Source of the DNA: Psammoneis japonica
Taxonomy: Eukaryota
Length of the DNA stretch: 42,924 nt
Assembly (NCBI GenBank): GCA_008632985.1
Contig: QPGO01000219.1
Location: 62,001 to 104,924, forward strand
Direction: 5' to 3'
In this document: positions 22,124 through 33,780 of the stretch, one piece after another
Position numbering within the stretch: position 1 is the stretch's first letter
Layout of the letters: the number at the start of each line of letters is the position of its first letter
Notes under the pieces: generated by a model
What the model saw: only the letters and a program-made list of their open reading frames with translations
Told to the model about the DNA's origin: nothing
Databases searched by the model: none
Translations under genes and position numbers: made by a program

Positions 22124-24599
22124 TTATTGCGAACTTCTTCCAACATGCTGCTGTGTGATTCTAGGAGCGGATCGTTTGGCACTCTGTCGAGTTCTTGTGC
22201 TCTTTTTGCCTCCCCGTGGAGCATATCTTGTCCATTGCCGTGGCAGTCTCCTCATACTGAATCGAAGAGTTTCGCCTGGTTTGGACAAGATGGCAGGACC
22301 CATCAGCTCCACAAATCTTTCTTCGTCAACAGCTTTCCGGAGTTCCGAAACGACAAGCGTACTGAGCTGACCGGCCTCACAGCATTGCCAGAACGTCGTT
22401 TCCGCGAGATCTAATCGTAGGTCGTTCATTGGCATATGATTGGCAATGGCATTCAGCACATTCCCGTACGTCACATGGTTGGGCCACCCATACCTTGGTG
22501 CTACCGATTGGAACTCTTCTAGTATTGAAATAACGACACCCATGATTTCTGCACGGTCTTCCTCGCTTGCTGCAGTTTCATGGACGCATGCGTTCAGCAT
22601 AGTGTTACAAGTGATAATGTCGGGCTTGGCATCGGGGTTCTTTCCAGATTCGTAACGTTCCAACATTAACTTGAATAACTTGTACGCATTGCGTCCCTTC
22701 TGCTCTTCGAAGCTCCAACCCCACGCATTTATGGCGGCATTGTAACACACGACGTCGGGTTGCACATCTTCATCTCCCATTTCATATAGATGTTCCATTT
22801 GGTGCAAGAGAGCCTCGGCACGTTCTGGGTTCTTTCGGCTTCGTCCAATGGCATTAATCACCTGTGATGAGGAATAGAACAGGAATCAGAAGCAGAAAAC
22901 TCGCTGACGTCTTACGTAACAATCAAGAACAATGCTTCTTACCGATGTATAAGTGCGAACGTTTGGCTTGCATTGCGTGTATCCCTTTTGTTTGTACTCT
23001 TGCTCAGCTTCTTCCAACATTCTTTCTGCTTGTTTCGCAGAGTCAACAGAACTCTGTTTCGCGAGCGTGTCAATGACTGACGTGTATGTGATAATGTCAG
23101 GACGACAATCGTCTCGCCCTTCATCAAGGTAGCGCTTCTTCATAAAGTTCAAAACCTCAATCGCGTGTTCACCAGCTTTTGGGTCTTTTGACTTTGACCA
23201 AACTAAGGACGTGGCACAGCAGGTGAGAATCAGCCTACGGGCATCGTCAAAGTACCTCCCACTTTTCTTGTCACCTACCATTAATTATTGCATTGTAGGT
23301 CATTGCGTTGGGACGGGCGTTCTTGTTTCCTTTCTGATAGGCGCGCTCCATTCTATTCAAGACTCCTTCTGATCGCTCGGCCCCTTGCTTGTCGCTGCGT
23401 TTTGCCCATGCTGTGAGAGTTAAAAGGGGAATCAGTACGTGGATAAAACTATGCGAAGAAACTATTGCACCAAGACTTTGATACAATCAACTCACCGTCA
23501 ATCACTGTCGTATACGTGGCGACATCAGGTGCTACTTCTGTTGTATTCAACTCGTATCGACGCTCCATGTGTCTCAAAATCGCCTCAGCTCGGCGCGAAG
23601 AGGAAGGTTCGCGACTCTGTTCGAGTACAAATCGAAAGCAAACAAAAACATAGATTTATGAAGTCCCATCTGAAAAGAAAGAGTCAAAAACACAGATGCA
23701 ATGCTTTTTCCATTGAAGTTCCATGCCACTTACCTTTGCCCATGCTCTGATAACGGTATTAAAAGAGAAAACGTCCGGTTGGCAATTCGTCCTGTTCATA
23801 GTTTCCATACTAAGTAGTAGCTCCTCCGCTCGTCGTTCATAACCCCGCTCTCGGCTCATTGCTGAAAGAACGGTGTTGTACGTGATAGTATCAGGCCTTA
23901 ATTCTGGTCGGTTCTCGCTCAATCTTTCCATTCTATCCAATATCTTTTCGCAGCGACGAGCTGCGCCTTGGACACGAGACTGACTCCATGCATTCCTACA
24001 ATAAACAACAACAGAAGGATACGGCACACACGCGAAATTGAGAATCCGTTTGTTCATAATGACATAGTAAGGCATCGTGATACTCACAAAACAGCATTGA
24101 CGCAGGAAGTAGTGGGACCCAGATGTTCGTAGCTATGGCTAAGCTCCTCCAGTTCATCCAAGAGCTCTTCCGATCGTTGAGCAGCGCGCTTCCTCTGATT
24201 GCTACGAGCCCATGAAGTGATTACCGAAGCATACGTAGCCACTGTCGGAAGAAAGTCGCGAACTCCCGTCGAGTTGTAGACTTCCCAGCAGTGTTGCAGA
24301 TAGGCCTCGGCATGCGTCGGACTCATTTGACAGAGCGCCGCGTCAAGATCAGTTATCGATCGGAACTGATTCAAATCGGGAGCCCACTCAGTGCTTTCTG
24401 TTTCCAAATGATCACTCAGAGCTTCAATTGTCGAACTGACACGGCCACCCCTTCTGAAAGGAGCTTTGTAAACCGGGCGAGGAACAAAAGGAATCGACCC
24501 ATGCCGTGCCGATGCAGCGCAATTATTGGTGCCTGATTGAAATGCCTGTGGCTGGGCAACGTACATAAAAATCAAAAGAAGTCGAAAGGGAGCACACAT
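22124..24599 (-). CDS. Pentatricopeptide-repeat (PPR) protein, multi-exon, probably plastid-targeted
   Basis: Repeated PDxxxYNxVIxAWAK-type motifs (PTVATYASVITSWARS, PDTITYNTVLSAMSR, PDIITYTSVIDTLAK, PDVVCYNAAINAWGW) over several short exons. N-terminus MCAPFRLLLIFMYVAQPQAF resembles a signal peptide plus AF motif. Confidence 0.88.
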
Positions 24600-25119
24600 G
24601 ATGCTAAAATACTTTCTCAACGGGAAAGAAAGGGACAGGCAGCAGCGAAAAGGACGACGTTTGACGCTATCATCGTCACCTGCCATGATAGTACCGCTGA
24701 TGTCGTTGGAAGACGCATGTTGAAGTTGAAGGACGGACGGACCATCCGATGACAAACAATCGATGAGACGGACAGACAAACGTGGGAATTTAATTTGAAC
24801 CTACGGATCCAGATATTTTCAAATAATAATGACTCAATTTCATGCTGGAGATTTTGATTTCCCTGATTTCCCGCCAAAATGGATTTCACCTTGTGGCATC
24901 GCATCACATTATTCACACTGAACGTCCTCCTCAAAACCTTAGTTGAACCGCGTCCTTACGATGTTCAACGCATTCACGTCTCCATCCGACACGACCACAA
25001 AACCAACCACCGCCGTGGGATTGGCGACGACCGATTTTTCGTAGTTCGCCAACTCTCACACTACACGCTGGTTGGCACAATTCACATTGGTAGTCAACAT
25101 CACATCGTAGCCGTCGAAG

Positions 25120-26766
25120 ATGAACTTCTTGTTCCAAAGCAAAGCATCCCAACCCCCTCCAGCCGCGGAGTCTCCACCCATGCATGCGTCCGAGGGAAGT
25201 AAGGAAGGTACTGACTCCGTCGATGAAGAGATTGACGGCATCCTAATCGTGTCAGGCGAAAAGCCTTTGTATGATGATGCAACTCCAGGTTTGGTGATCA
25301 CGAAGGAAGAAGGACTCGTCACCTCCGATACGAAAGTCGAGGACTCGTTCACGAACAAGCTTGCGACCGAAGTTAAAACCCCTGAACCTAACGATAACTT
25401 CGTCTCCGCCGAATCTGTGGACGCGGACCAATTCGACGATGATCCTCAGTTGATCGTCCCGTCCAGGTCGAATTCGGACCTATCGGTCCCTTCGAATGTT
25501 GGAATCTCGATCCTTCACGGGTTAGAGCTGAGCGGAGAAGTCGACAACGAGTCTCACAATGGTGAAGAGATCCTCGCTTCCGTCGCTTCCGAAGAAGAAG
25601 AAGCCAAGACGTTGCCAGAGGATTCTGCTCTTTCGAAGCTCACCTCAAGCTATGGCGCCCACGACGCAGAGGCTTTCATGAATGTCGGGAATTTACTGCA
25701 AGACCCACCGAAGGAAACGAGCAAACTCATTATTTCTGATAAGAGCAAGGCACCTTCGAGTGCAGGAGACGCCTCGGATACAGCGTTGCAGGGACGAATG
25801 ATCGGGAAGATGAAACAGTTCGCACATGTCATTCGAAGCTATGGGAAGGCGACCTCTGACAAGGAGAGTGTAAAGGAAGAGGAATCCAAGCCATCGAACT
25901 GCGCCCGGCAAGAGCACGCATCGTCCGCAACTGACAAGAAAGCTGATTTGATTTCATCTTCGATTGTCAAGTCTCAGACGAGCAAGTCTAGCCCCCCGCC
26001 TTTAGCGGCTGCACCGATGAAGTTGCGGTGGGTCATTATGGGGATTGTTTTCGTGACATTTGCCGTCAAGTACAGGCACACCGACCCAAAAGTCGAAGTC
26101 CTTGTATACCCGGAAACTGAGGACGTGGCAGATCCTTTAATTTTTGAAACTGACACCGACCCAAAAGTCGAAGTCCCTGTATACCCGGAAACTGAGGACG
26201 TGGCAGGTCCTTTAATTTTTGAAACTGATGTGGCAAATAGCAGCATTGTTGAATCTGTTGCAGCCAGCATGGAAAATGCTGTTTCTCCGTCACCGCTAAG
26301 CATTGAAACTGTTCCAGGGCCAACGTTCACCTACGACGGATACGATGTGGCCGCCGAAGAAAGCACGGAAAACTCCTCGGAAGGACGTAGCTCGCTTTTG
26401 TGGCGAGTTGTCGTTCTTGCCATGATTGGCTTGTGCAGCATCTTCCCGTCTCGGTTTAACACTGTTGCAGAGCCGCCCTCGAAGAAGAAGAAAATGAGGG
26501 GATCCTACCAGAAGCTACCTAAGGACGTTGATTTGACCAAATACAAGGAGCTTCGCGTCGTTGATCTGAAACCGTTACTCAAAGCCCGACAGCTGAAAGT
26601 TAGTGGAGACAAAGCCAGTCTTGTCCAGCGCTTGGTTACCGATTACGAGAAAGAGCTTTGGGGCAAGACGGTTGTGTCACTACGAGCCAGCCTCAAAAAG
26701 AAAGGATTGAAGCAGGCAGGCCTGAAGCACGAGCTAGTGACACGTCTCGTGGAGGCTGGTCTTTAG
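25120..26766 (+). CDS. Two-transmembrane protein with C-terminal tandem SAP domains
   Basis: Hydrophobic segments WVIMGIVFVTFAV and LLWRVVVLAMIGLCSIF. SAP motifs LRVVDLKPLLKARQLKVSGDKASLVQRL and TVVSLRASLKKKGLKQAGLKHELVTRL. Confidence 0.85.
   Translation: MNFLFQSKASQPPPAAESPPMHASEGSKEGTDSVDEEIDGILIVSGEKPLYDDATPGLVITKEEGLVTSDTKVEDSFTNKLATEVKTPEPNDNFVSAESVDADQFDDDPQLIVPSRSNSDLSVPSNVGISILHGLELSGEVDNESHNGEEILASVASEEEEAKTLPEDSALSKLTSSYGAHDAEAFMNVGNLLQDPPKETSKLIISDKSKAPSSAGDASDTALQGRMIGKMKQFAHVIRSYGKATSDKESVKEEESKPSNCARQEHASSATDKKADLISSSIVKSQTSKSSPPPLAAAPMKLRWVIMGIVFVTFAVKYRHTDPKVEVLVYPETEDVADPLIFETDTDPKVEVPVYPETEDVAGPLIFETDVANSSIVESVAASMENAVSPSPLSIETVPGPTFTYDGYDVAAEESTENSSEGRSSLLWRVVVLAMIGLCSIFPSRFNTVAEPPSKKKKMRGSYQKLPKDVDLTKYKELRVVDLKPLLKARQLKVSGDKASLVQRLVTDYEKELWGKTVVSLRASLKKKGLKQAGLKHELVTRLVEAGL
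26078..26227 (+). repeat. In-frame 75-bp tandem duplication (2 copies, 2 mismatches)
   Basis: acaccgacccaaaagtcgaagtc...tttttgaaactg at 26078 and 26153, encoding 25-aa TDPKVEVxVYPETEDVAxPLIFET. Confidence 0.95.
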
Positions 26767-26953
26767 AAGGGCTTAGCTCTTGTTAGGGAGTTGTACGCAG
26801 TATTCGCTCTTAAACCTTAATCGATGTATTAAGAAACAACGAACGAGTGTCGAATGGTTTAGAAACATCACATAATTAGGAAACAAATTTACGTCATGTA
26901 AAACGAAGAGCATTTTAATTATGATGCTCTAGGGGAACTCTCTCTAGAGAGTG

Positions 26954-29371
26954 TCAATCGCTCATTGAACTTCGTGCAGCGGCCTTCACGTCTAATCGTC
27001 CGTCTCGTTGCTTGTTCCGTTTCGTCACTTGATGATAGATATAGATCAAGCTCTGCGGTGTCACGCCGCTTATTTGGGATGCTTCAGCAAATGTAGTTGG
27101 CTTTATCAGGTTGAGCTTTTCCAGTTCCTCTTTACTCAAGGTCGGCAGTGCGCTATGTTCATAGACAAAATCAGGGGGAATCCGAACTCCTCGGGCCCGT
27201 CGCCAACTCTCCATATCTCGATTCTGCCTTGTCACGTACGATTGGTACTTAATGGAAGCCTCCACCGTATCGTAGACGGACGGTGGCGAGGGCGAGACTT
27301 CAGGCTTTGCGTCCGCGGTATCATTGGTTTCATCTTTAGATACCGCTAGCATGATGTCTTCCACATGTTTAAGAGTCACATGTGGCATTCTCAATACCTC
27401 CTCTGCCGTTTTCTTTTGTCCAGCATTCTTGTTCATTCGCGCTCCGCCCATCAAGTCGTTGCCACCTCGCTCAGCCCAATCTGTAACCTTCAATTGAAAC
27501 TTGCGCAGCTCCTCAATACGGTCTTCAATGACGTACTCCCGAGATTCAAGCGCTGCAATACGTTCTTCGTCACGGACAAGACCATTTTCCATCCCGCGAC
27601 GGGTCAGTCGGATATCTGCGTTGTCGGCTCGTAAGCTGATTCGATACTCTGCCCGCGAGGTAAACATTCGATAAGGTTCCGACGTTCCTCTTGTCACCAA
27701 GTCATCAATTAACACACCAATGTATCCTTCGTCGCGCCCGATGACAAAAGGCAAAGGAGCTTTTTCTCCTCTACTTGCCGCACCAGCAGCACGGCCAGCA
27801 TTCGCACCGGCAATAATACCCTGAGCGGCAGCCTCTTCATAGCCTGTGGTACCACAAATCTGTCCCGCAAATACAAACCTCCAATACTTTTGGTTTCAAG
27901 CGTATGTGTCAAGGACTGCGGATTGACAAAGTCATACTCCACGTCGTACCCCGGCCGAACAATGTCGCATTCTTCCAAGCCTTTCATGCTCCTCATGATT
28001 TTCAATTGAATCTCTTCCGGGTCTAAAACGCGAGGCAGGAAATATAATAGTGAAACACAAGCTGGACGAAACTCAACATAAGCCATCAGTTCACTCTGAA
28101 TCACTTACAAGGCCCACTCATTCCATTTGGATAGACAATGTCGGTGTTTAGCCCCTCCGGTTCCAGAAAGCAATTGTGACTGCGCCGCTCGGGGAAACGC
28201 TGTACTTTCTTGTAGATTGATGGACAGTAACGTGGGCCGTTCCCATCACCATTCATACCGTCATAAACAGGGAGGAGGTCTTCATACTTCATGACAAGTT
28301 GGTGTGTCTCGTCATTTGTGGCGGACTGATAACACTTTATCAACTTGTTTGCTGCGATCATCGGAGGTTGCTCTCCGTTGAACTGAAGCAAATGAGAAAA
28401 GGAGAAGCAGGTATCTCTGACGGCTGTTCTGTGCAGACATCCCAATTGATAGTTCGGCCATCAAGACGAGGCGGCGTTCCGGTTTTGAGACGTCCCAAAG
28501 GAAACTGAAATCTTTCCAGGGTTTTTGCTAATCCAACAGATGGCGGTTCCACCTTTTCTGAATCCCGCAAATGACGACCACCACTGTAACGATCATGCCC
28601 AAGCATCAAGACACCACGTAAGAAGGTACCCGTCGTAATCACAACAGCACGAGATATCAATTCAATGGTCGATCCATCATCTTTAGTAGCCACGATACCA
28701 CGAATGCGAGCACGGTGATCTTGCAAGGCTGCAGCGTCCATGAGTTTCTCAATCGAGTTGGAATCACTTCCAAACGAGCTCGAAGAAGACGCTTCGGATG
28801 AGGATGGCGCCATCATGGGTGCAAGAGACTCCAATTTTGCTTTTGAGGATTCATCCAACAATAGATCCTGAACACTTGCTTCTACGAGAAATAGATTATC
28901 ATAGCTCTGCAATGTTGTTTGCATTGCAGCCTTGTACAAATCCCGATCCATTTGAGCTCTTGGTCCTCGAACAGCCGGGCCCTTACGTCTGTTCAGAACT
29001 CGGTAATGAATTCCAGCTTCATCCGCAACTTTACCAATGAGCCCATCCAGAGCATCTACTTCTCGAACTAAATGGCCCTTTCCAATCCCTCCAATAGACG
29101 GATTGCACGATAACTCTCCGACGGTATCGAGTCTCTGAGTTACGAGAGCTGTTTTGGCACCAGTCCTCGCAGCCGCTGCCGCCGCATCACACCCAGCATG
29201 ACCGCCCCCAACTACAATCACATCAAACTCCGTCTCAGAACTAGCACTCATTGAAAGCGGTCGTTTCATGGCCGACGCAACACGAGACGGGGTTTTCAAC
29301 ACGAATGCATGAGCACTTTGCCGAAGAGACAGCAACAGCGATACCATGATCAAAGCTCGGCTGTTATTCAT
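26954..29371 (-). CDS. mnmG: tRNA uridine 5-carboxymethylaminomethyl modification enzyme GidA/MnmG (MTO1 family); intron 28108-28023; two single-base frameshifts in T-runs
   Basis: Motifs [82 protein letters not shown] and [14 protein letters not shown]-terminal signal peptide ending SAHA-F. Confidence 0.95.
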
Positions 29372-29759
29372 TTGATATCAGCTCTGTAACTATGGGGACT
29401 TTAAAGCTCGCCTTTTATTCGTTTTCTCTCAAGTTCTCTCCTGTTTTGTCCTTTCCCATCACAACATCAACATGTCCAGCATGCCTGTTTCTTTCTGCTG
29501 ACGCCAACCACCGATTGCATGATATTGCATGTTGCTTTGTACGTACCGGTATGTGTTTGTGTGCGTGAGCCGTCCCACCCCCGCGCGCTTGGAGCGATTC
29601 GCGCTCATCACGCTCAAAGTTGATTTTATTTATCAATTAATTAAATCATCAATACATAATAGTTTAAATATGATATATTGAATGTAAACATAAAAAATTA
29701 ATAATATATTACTTACATGTGTGTCACAGGGGTATTGAGAGAAGAATATTCTGCGATAC

Positions 29760-29771
29760 TATGACGTCATA
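29760..29771. promoter_or_regulatory. Perfect 12-bp palindrome TATGACGTCATA (bZIP/CRE-type site) in a divergent promoter
   Basis: Contains TGACGTCA. Lies beside an AT-rich tract (29620-29715) between divergently transcribed genes. Confidence 0.4.
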
Positions 29772-30063
29772 ATACAAAGTGAGCAAAACCAGCGACACTT
29801 TTTTCTGCGAAACCCCGCCAAAAAAGCAAACGACAGAGGGGGAACTATAACCACGATCACAAGCGGGACATCAAACCCGGGCGATAAAGATCGCTCACAA
29901 GACCAACGTTTTGTTTAATCACGCTTGTATCGGCGACATGCCCCGCATCTTTACATTTCATTGTTCCGAAGTTGCCAGTAACAACGCGTTCGTGTCTCCG
30001 TGTTGTACATCCTCATCGGTTTGTCCACAAGTCACAAATACAAGCGTGGTGAAACAAAACAAA

Positions 30064-30489
30064 ATGGTCGCTTCTTCCCATCACGAGCATCTGTATGAAA
30101 GCAAATGCATCCCCATGTCGCCGATTCGACGACGTCATGGCTCCAAGATGAAGCGGGTATTGCGAAAGAAATGGCTAAGGATACAAATCCCAGACAACAT
30201 CCCGAACAACATCCCGTACTCCCCTGTGTCATCATACAGGAGTCTAATGCAACATAAAAGACAGAGTTTGAAATTGGGACAATCCTCTAGCCAGGTTGAG
30301 CTACTTACCTTGACCGAAGATGCGCTAGAAAGTCTGTGCCGTCGATTTGAAAAGGTTTTGACTCATGAACGCGAGTTTGACAAGGAGAACCAATCAGACG
30401 GGACACACGTATCTGACAAACTAGATGATTCAGGGGTGTCCAACCATGGGGAGGAAACAGATGAAACGGTGACGGGGAGCGAAAACTAG
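30064..30489 (+). CDS. Small hypothetical protein
   Basis: ORF from ATG (MVASSHHE...) with normal composition; no recognisable domain. Confidence 0.45.
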   Translation: MVASSHHEHLYESKCIPMSPIRRRHGSKMKRVLRKKWLRIQIPDNIPNNIPYSPVSSYRSLMQHKRQSLKLGQSSSQVELLTLTEDALESLCRRFEKVLTHEREFDKENQSDGTHVSDKLDDSGVSNHGEETDETVTGSEN

Positions 30490-30786
30490 TCGTACGGCAA
30501 GGAGTGGGGCCGCTATTGACGTTGGCAGCACTCTCATGAAGAGCATAGAAATTCACATCAGACAAAACTAAGTATAGAAAAAACCTTCTTATAAGCTACC
30601 TCAAGTATTCATAAGGTTGTGCCCTACATCTATGACCGTGCTATTCATTTTCCGCAGACTCTGGGCGGAACGTGCACAAGTGACGTTTAACTGCATTAGT
30701 TTGTTTCAACTTAAAGTAAATTGTTTTCAACGTGATGCGCCCGATACCTTTAATATATTTTAATGCTCAAAAGGCTTGCACGGAGA

Positions 30787-31861
30787 TTACTCACTCAGAG
30801 AATCGACCTCCGAATACCGCTGAACTCCTCTGACATCATCTCGTCCGATGGACCTAACAATAGCACAAGCTAGTGCCTGAACTGAGACAGGGCGATCCAC
30901 AAATGGCAAACCCACTTTGTTCCCAACAAAGAAAGCTCCTACTGGTAAGAGGCTTCCCGGTCGATCTAAGCTGTAAATGAGCGAAGGACGAAAGATTACT
31001 GGGCGAAGCTCCTTGGATGCCAATAGCTTCTTCTCGACTTCACGCTTGGCGGCGAGGTATCGCTTCAACCAGTCGGGAGCCAAAAATCTTTCAACGAATT
31101 CTCCTCCCCTCATCTGAGGCCAGCCGGCCTCAGCTGCTGAAGTAAAACTGAACGGTAGGGGTTGCTTGTTGGTAAGTTTGGCGTACTGTTCAGCGGCATC
31201 AATCGCATTGAACGCTGTTACGCGGGTAATTGTGTCATAAGTCGAGCCTTCGTCGGGAACAGATCCTGATCCAGAAGCAAAACGATTCCATGAGCCCAAG
31301 CCTGATTCATCATCTAGAAGCAGACCAATACAGTGCACCACACCGACATAGTCGCCTTCGTTTAAAACATTAAGAATAACTGAATCTTTTCTCGCATCTC
31401 CCTGACGGTAGTCCACCGCAGCTGCGTCAGCATCGTCTAGGGGATTGCCACGACGCGATAGGCTTGTGACCGTATAACCCTCCAGGAGCGCTCGCTTGCT
31501 AACAGCTTGACCTAGAAAACCTGGTTACATTCGAGGAGGGGGAAAGCAATGATGAATGACGGCTTCTAGTCCACATTCATAACCGCAATAAAGGTGGTCA
31601 ATGCTCATCGATGATCATGCTATTTGTTCTAACAATTCAGTAAACATGGCGCATAGATTTACCTGTGCCCCCTAATACGAGTAATTTTCCTTTTGTTGAT
31701 GTACCTCCGACACCGGCACTACTAGACATTGACAGAGTCGATTGACTGCGGATCACGGTGGCAACATGACGTGCGACTAATCCGTTGCAACCATGCAATG
31801 TCAAACCAAGAGACGACATGATCATACTGAAGAAAGTATTCCAAATGGCAAAACGTGCCAT
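30787..31861 (-). CDS. NAD(P)-binding Rossmann-fold epimerase/dehydratase-like protein; intron 31662-31521
   Basis: Spliced KLLVLGGTG|FLGQAVSKRALLEGYTVTSLSRRG, followed by GVVHCIGLL, YLAAKREVE and IFRPSLIY. Confidence 0.88.
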
Positions 31862-32588
31862 TCTAGTGCGAGCTGCTGTATCTGTGAAATGTTTTAAACA
31901 ACGATGTGGTCTATAGTCGGCTGCACTGTTGCTTATTGCGTTGACGGCGCTCGCCTGTGTCACTGTGTCATCGTCATCGCGAAAGAAGCGCGAGGGCGCT
32001 GACGACGTGCTCACATTGTTTCGGTTGGCGCAGCTCAAAGTGAGCATGGCACGTCACACCCATTTGTAAGCCACAATGACTGCGATCCGGCATTGACCGA
32101 CTTGGCGCGAAGAAATCGGTTGCGGAAACTCCCATGGGCGTGTTTCATGCCTGACACCAATGCCTTGATAAGAGAATGAAAAGTGCCAATTCGTTGTTCT
32201 TTTAGGAATCGTAAGTACTTGTACGTAAGTTACTGAAATCGGAATGGGAGAAGCAAGAGACATTTACCTTGCCGGACCTTCTGAAACGACTTGGAAGCAA
32301 ATGGCATTTATGACATTGGTCCTTTGACATTAGTCCCAATGTTGCACACACGGTACAACAAGTACCTACGATTATGCCCTCTAGCCATACATCACGATTA
32401 GGGCAGCTCGCCACGTCAGATGTCAGTACCATTCGGCAATCGGTGATGGCAGGTGTCAGCGTGTCATCCATTTGTCTTTTTAGAATTCTCGTTTCCTGGA
32501 ACTACGAGTAGCTTTCATCTTTATGAAAAACATAGGTATGCTGATTTAGGTTTTACTTCTTATCGAATAGACTGTATATTATAGAACT

Positions 32589-33227
32589 TTAAATCTTGGT
32601 TCGCTTTGGCTGATGAGAACTTGTCTCGTCCAACGGAAAACTAGCACTCCTTCGTCTACCTGGTGCCGTCGGTTCCCTCATGCTGTTTTGCCTTCCGATC
32701 GACGTGGATGTTGAACTCGAAACTTTCGTTTGCGCCAACTTGGAAGCAGACAATTCCTGTAGATGATAATACACATCTCTTGGCATCATAGGAGTGATAA
32801 GAGAAATCGGTGTGCTTGTCGTGGTTGGTGCTTCTGATGAATTGACATTCGCGTGAGCCGTGTATGGGAACAGCATTGAAGCAACTTTGGAATTGCGCCT
32901 TTGGTATCGTCGCCGATTCTTCTTTTCTTCCTGAAGAGAACCTTTCGTTGGTACAACAATTGGTTCTAAGTAGACGTATGCAGAGTCCCTAGGCTCCTTG
33001 CCCTTGTCGAAAGGTGTATCGTCCAACGAGAAGGGCTTCTTGGTCGAAGCAGCGATGTCTTGTTCCTCTTTCTCATCAAAGTGATTTGTTCCCACATTCG
33101 GGTCTTGCTCCACTTGAGAGAAGCCAGCTACAGTGCTCGTTGATGCCATCATGGGTGCTCTAGAGCTTTTCGGAAGAGGGGAGCATCCGTCTCTCGAGAG
33201 TGTATGCTGACGACGAACTAACTTCAT
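32589..33227 (-). CDS. Hypothetical low-complexity protein with an RRRYQRRNSKVASML motif
   Basis: Intact ORF from the first ATG (MKLVRRQ); start uncertain. Confidence 0.55.
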   Translation of the reverse strand: MKLVRRQHTLSRDGCSPLPKSSRAPMMASTSTVAGFSQVEQDPNVGTNHFDEKEEQDIAASTKKPFSLDDTPFDKGKEPRDSAYVYLEPIVVPTKGSLQEEKKNRRRYQRRNSKVASMLFPYTAHANVNSSEAPTTTSTPISLITPMMPRDVYYHLQELSASKLAQTKVSSSTSTSIGRQNSMREPTAPGRRRSASFPLDETSSHQPKRTKI

Positions 33228-33780
33228 TCGTAGATTTGTAAGAGTGGGACTTGACCGGTTTTTCCCCTCGAATTTGAATTCCGATTTGAATACCGGCACA
33301 GTAGATGGGTCACAACTCGTGATCGGTTAGTGGCTTCTCTAATTATTAAGAGACATTTCTGTGTAGATTGGATACAACAGATGACGTTCAGTAGAGCAAT
33401 GAACTTCCTCGTGTCCATATTACTCATACATTCTAGTGTTGCAAGAGGCAGACGTTGTTGTGACCTTTGAAATGTCTTTTCAAGATTGTGGCTGTGCTTG
33501 TGTTGTCCAATGTACGTGAAAGGCAGGCACTGTACAGTAATCTGAACAGAGGCAAAGACATGAGCGAACAGTCATTGGTAGCTAGAGACCTCTCTATCAT
33601 TCAGCATCCAGTGACCACATGTCTTTTGTTCGTACATGCCGCATCATCGCATCTGTTGAGGCTACTCTCTATTGTACTAGGCCCTTCCATTGAACAGCCA
33701 CAGCCAACGACGGGCTCCTTGACGATGCAGTTGACGGAAGATTTATGCCGGTCTGGTCTGTCTCTATCCATCCAGCCTCC

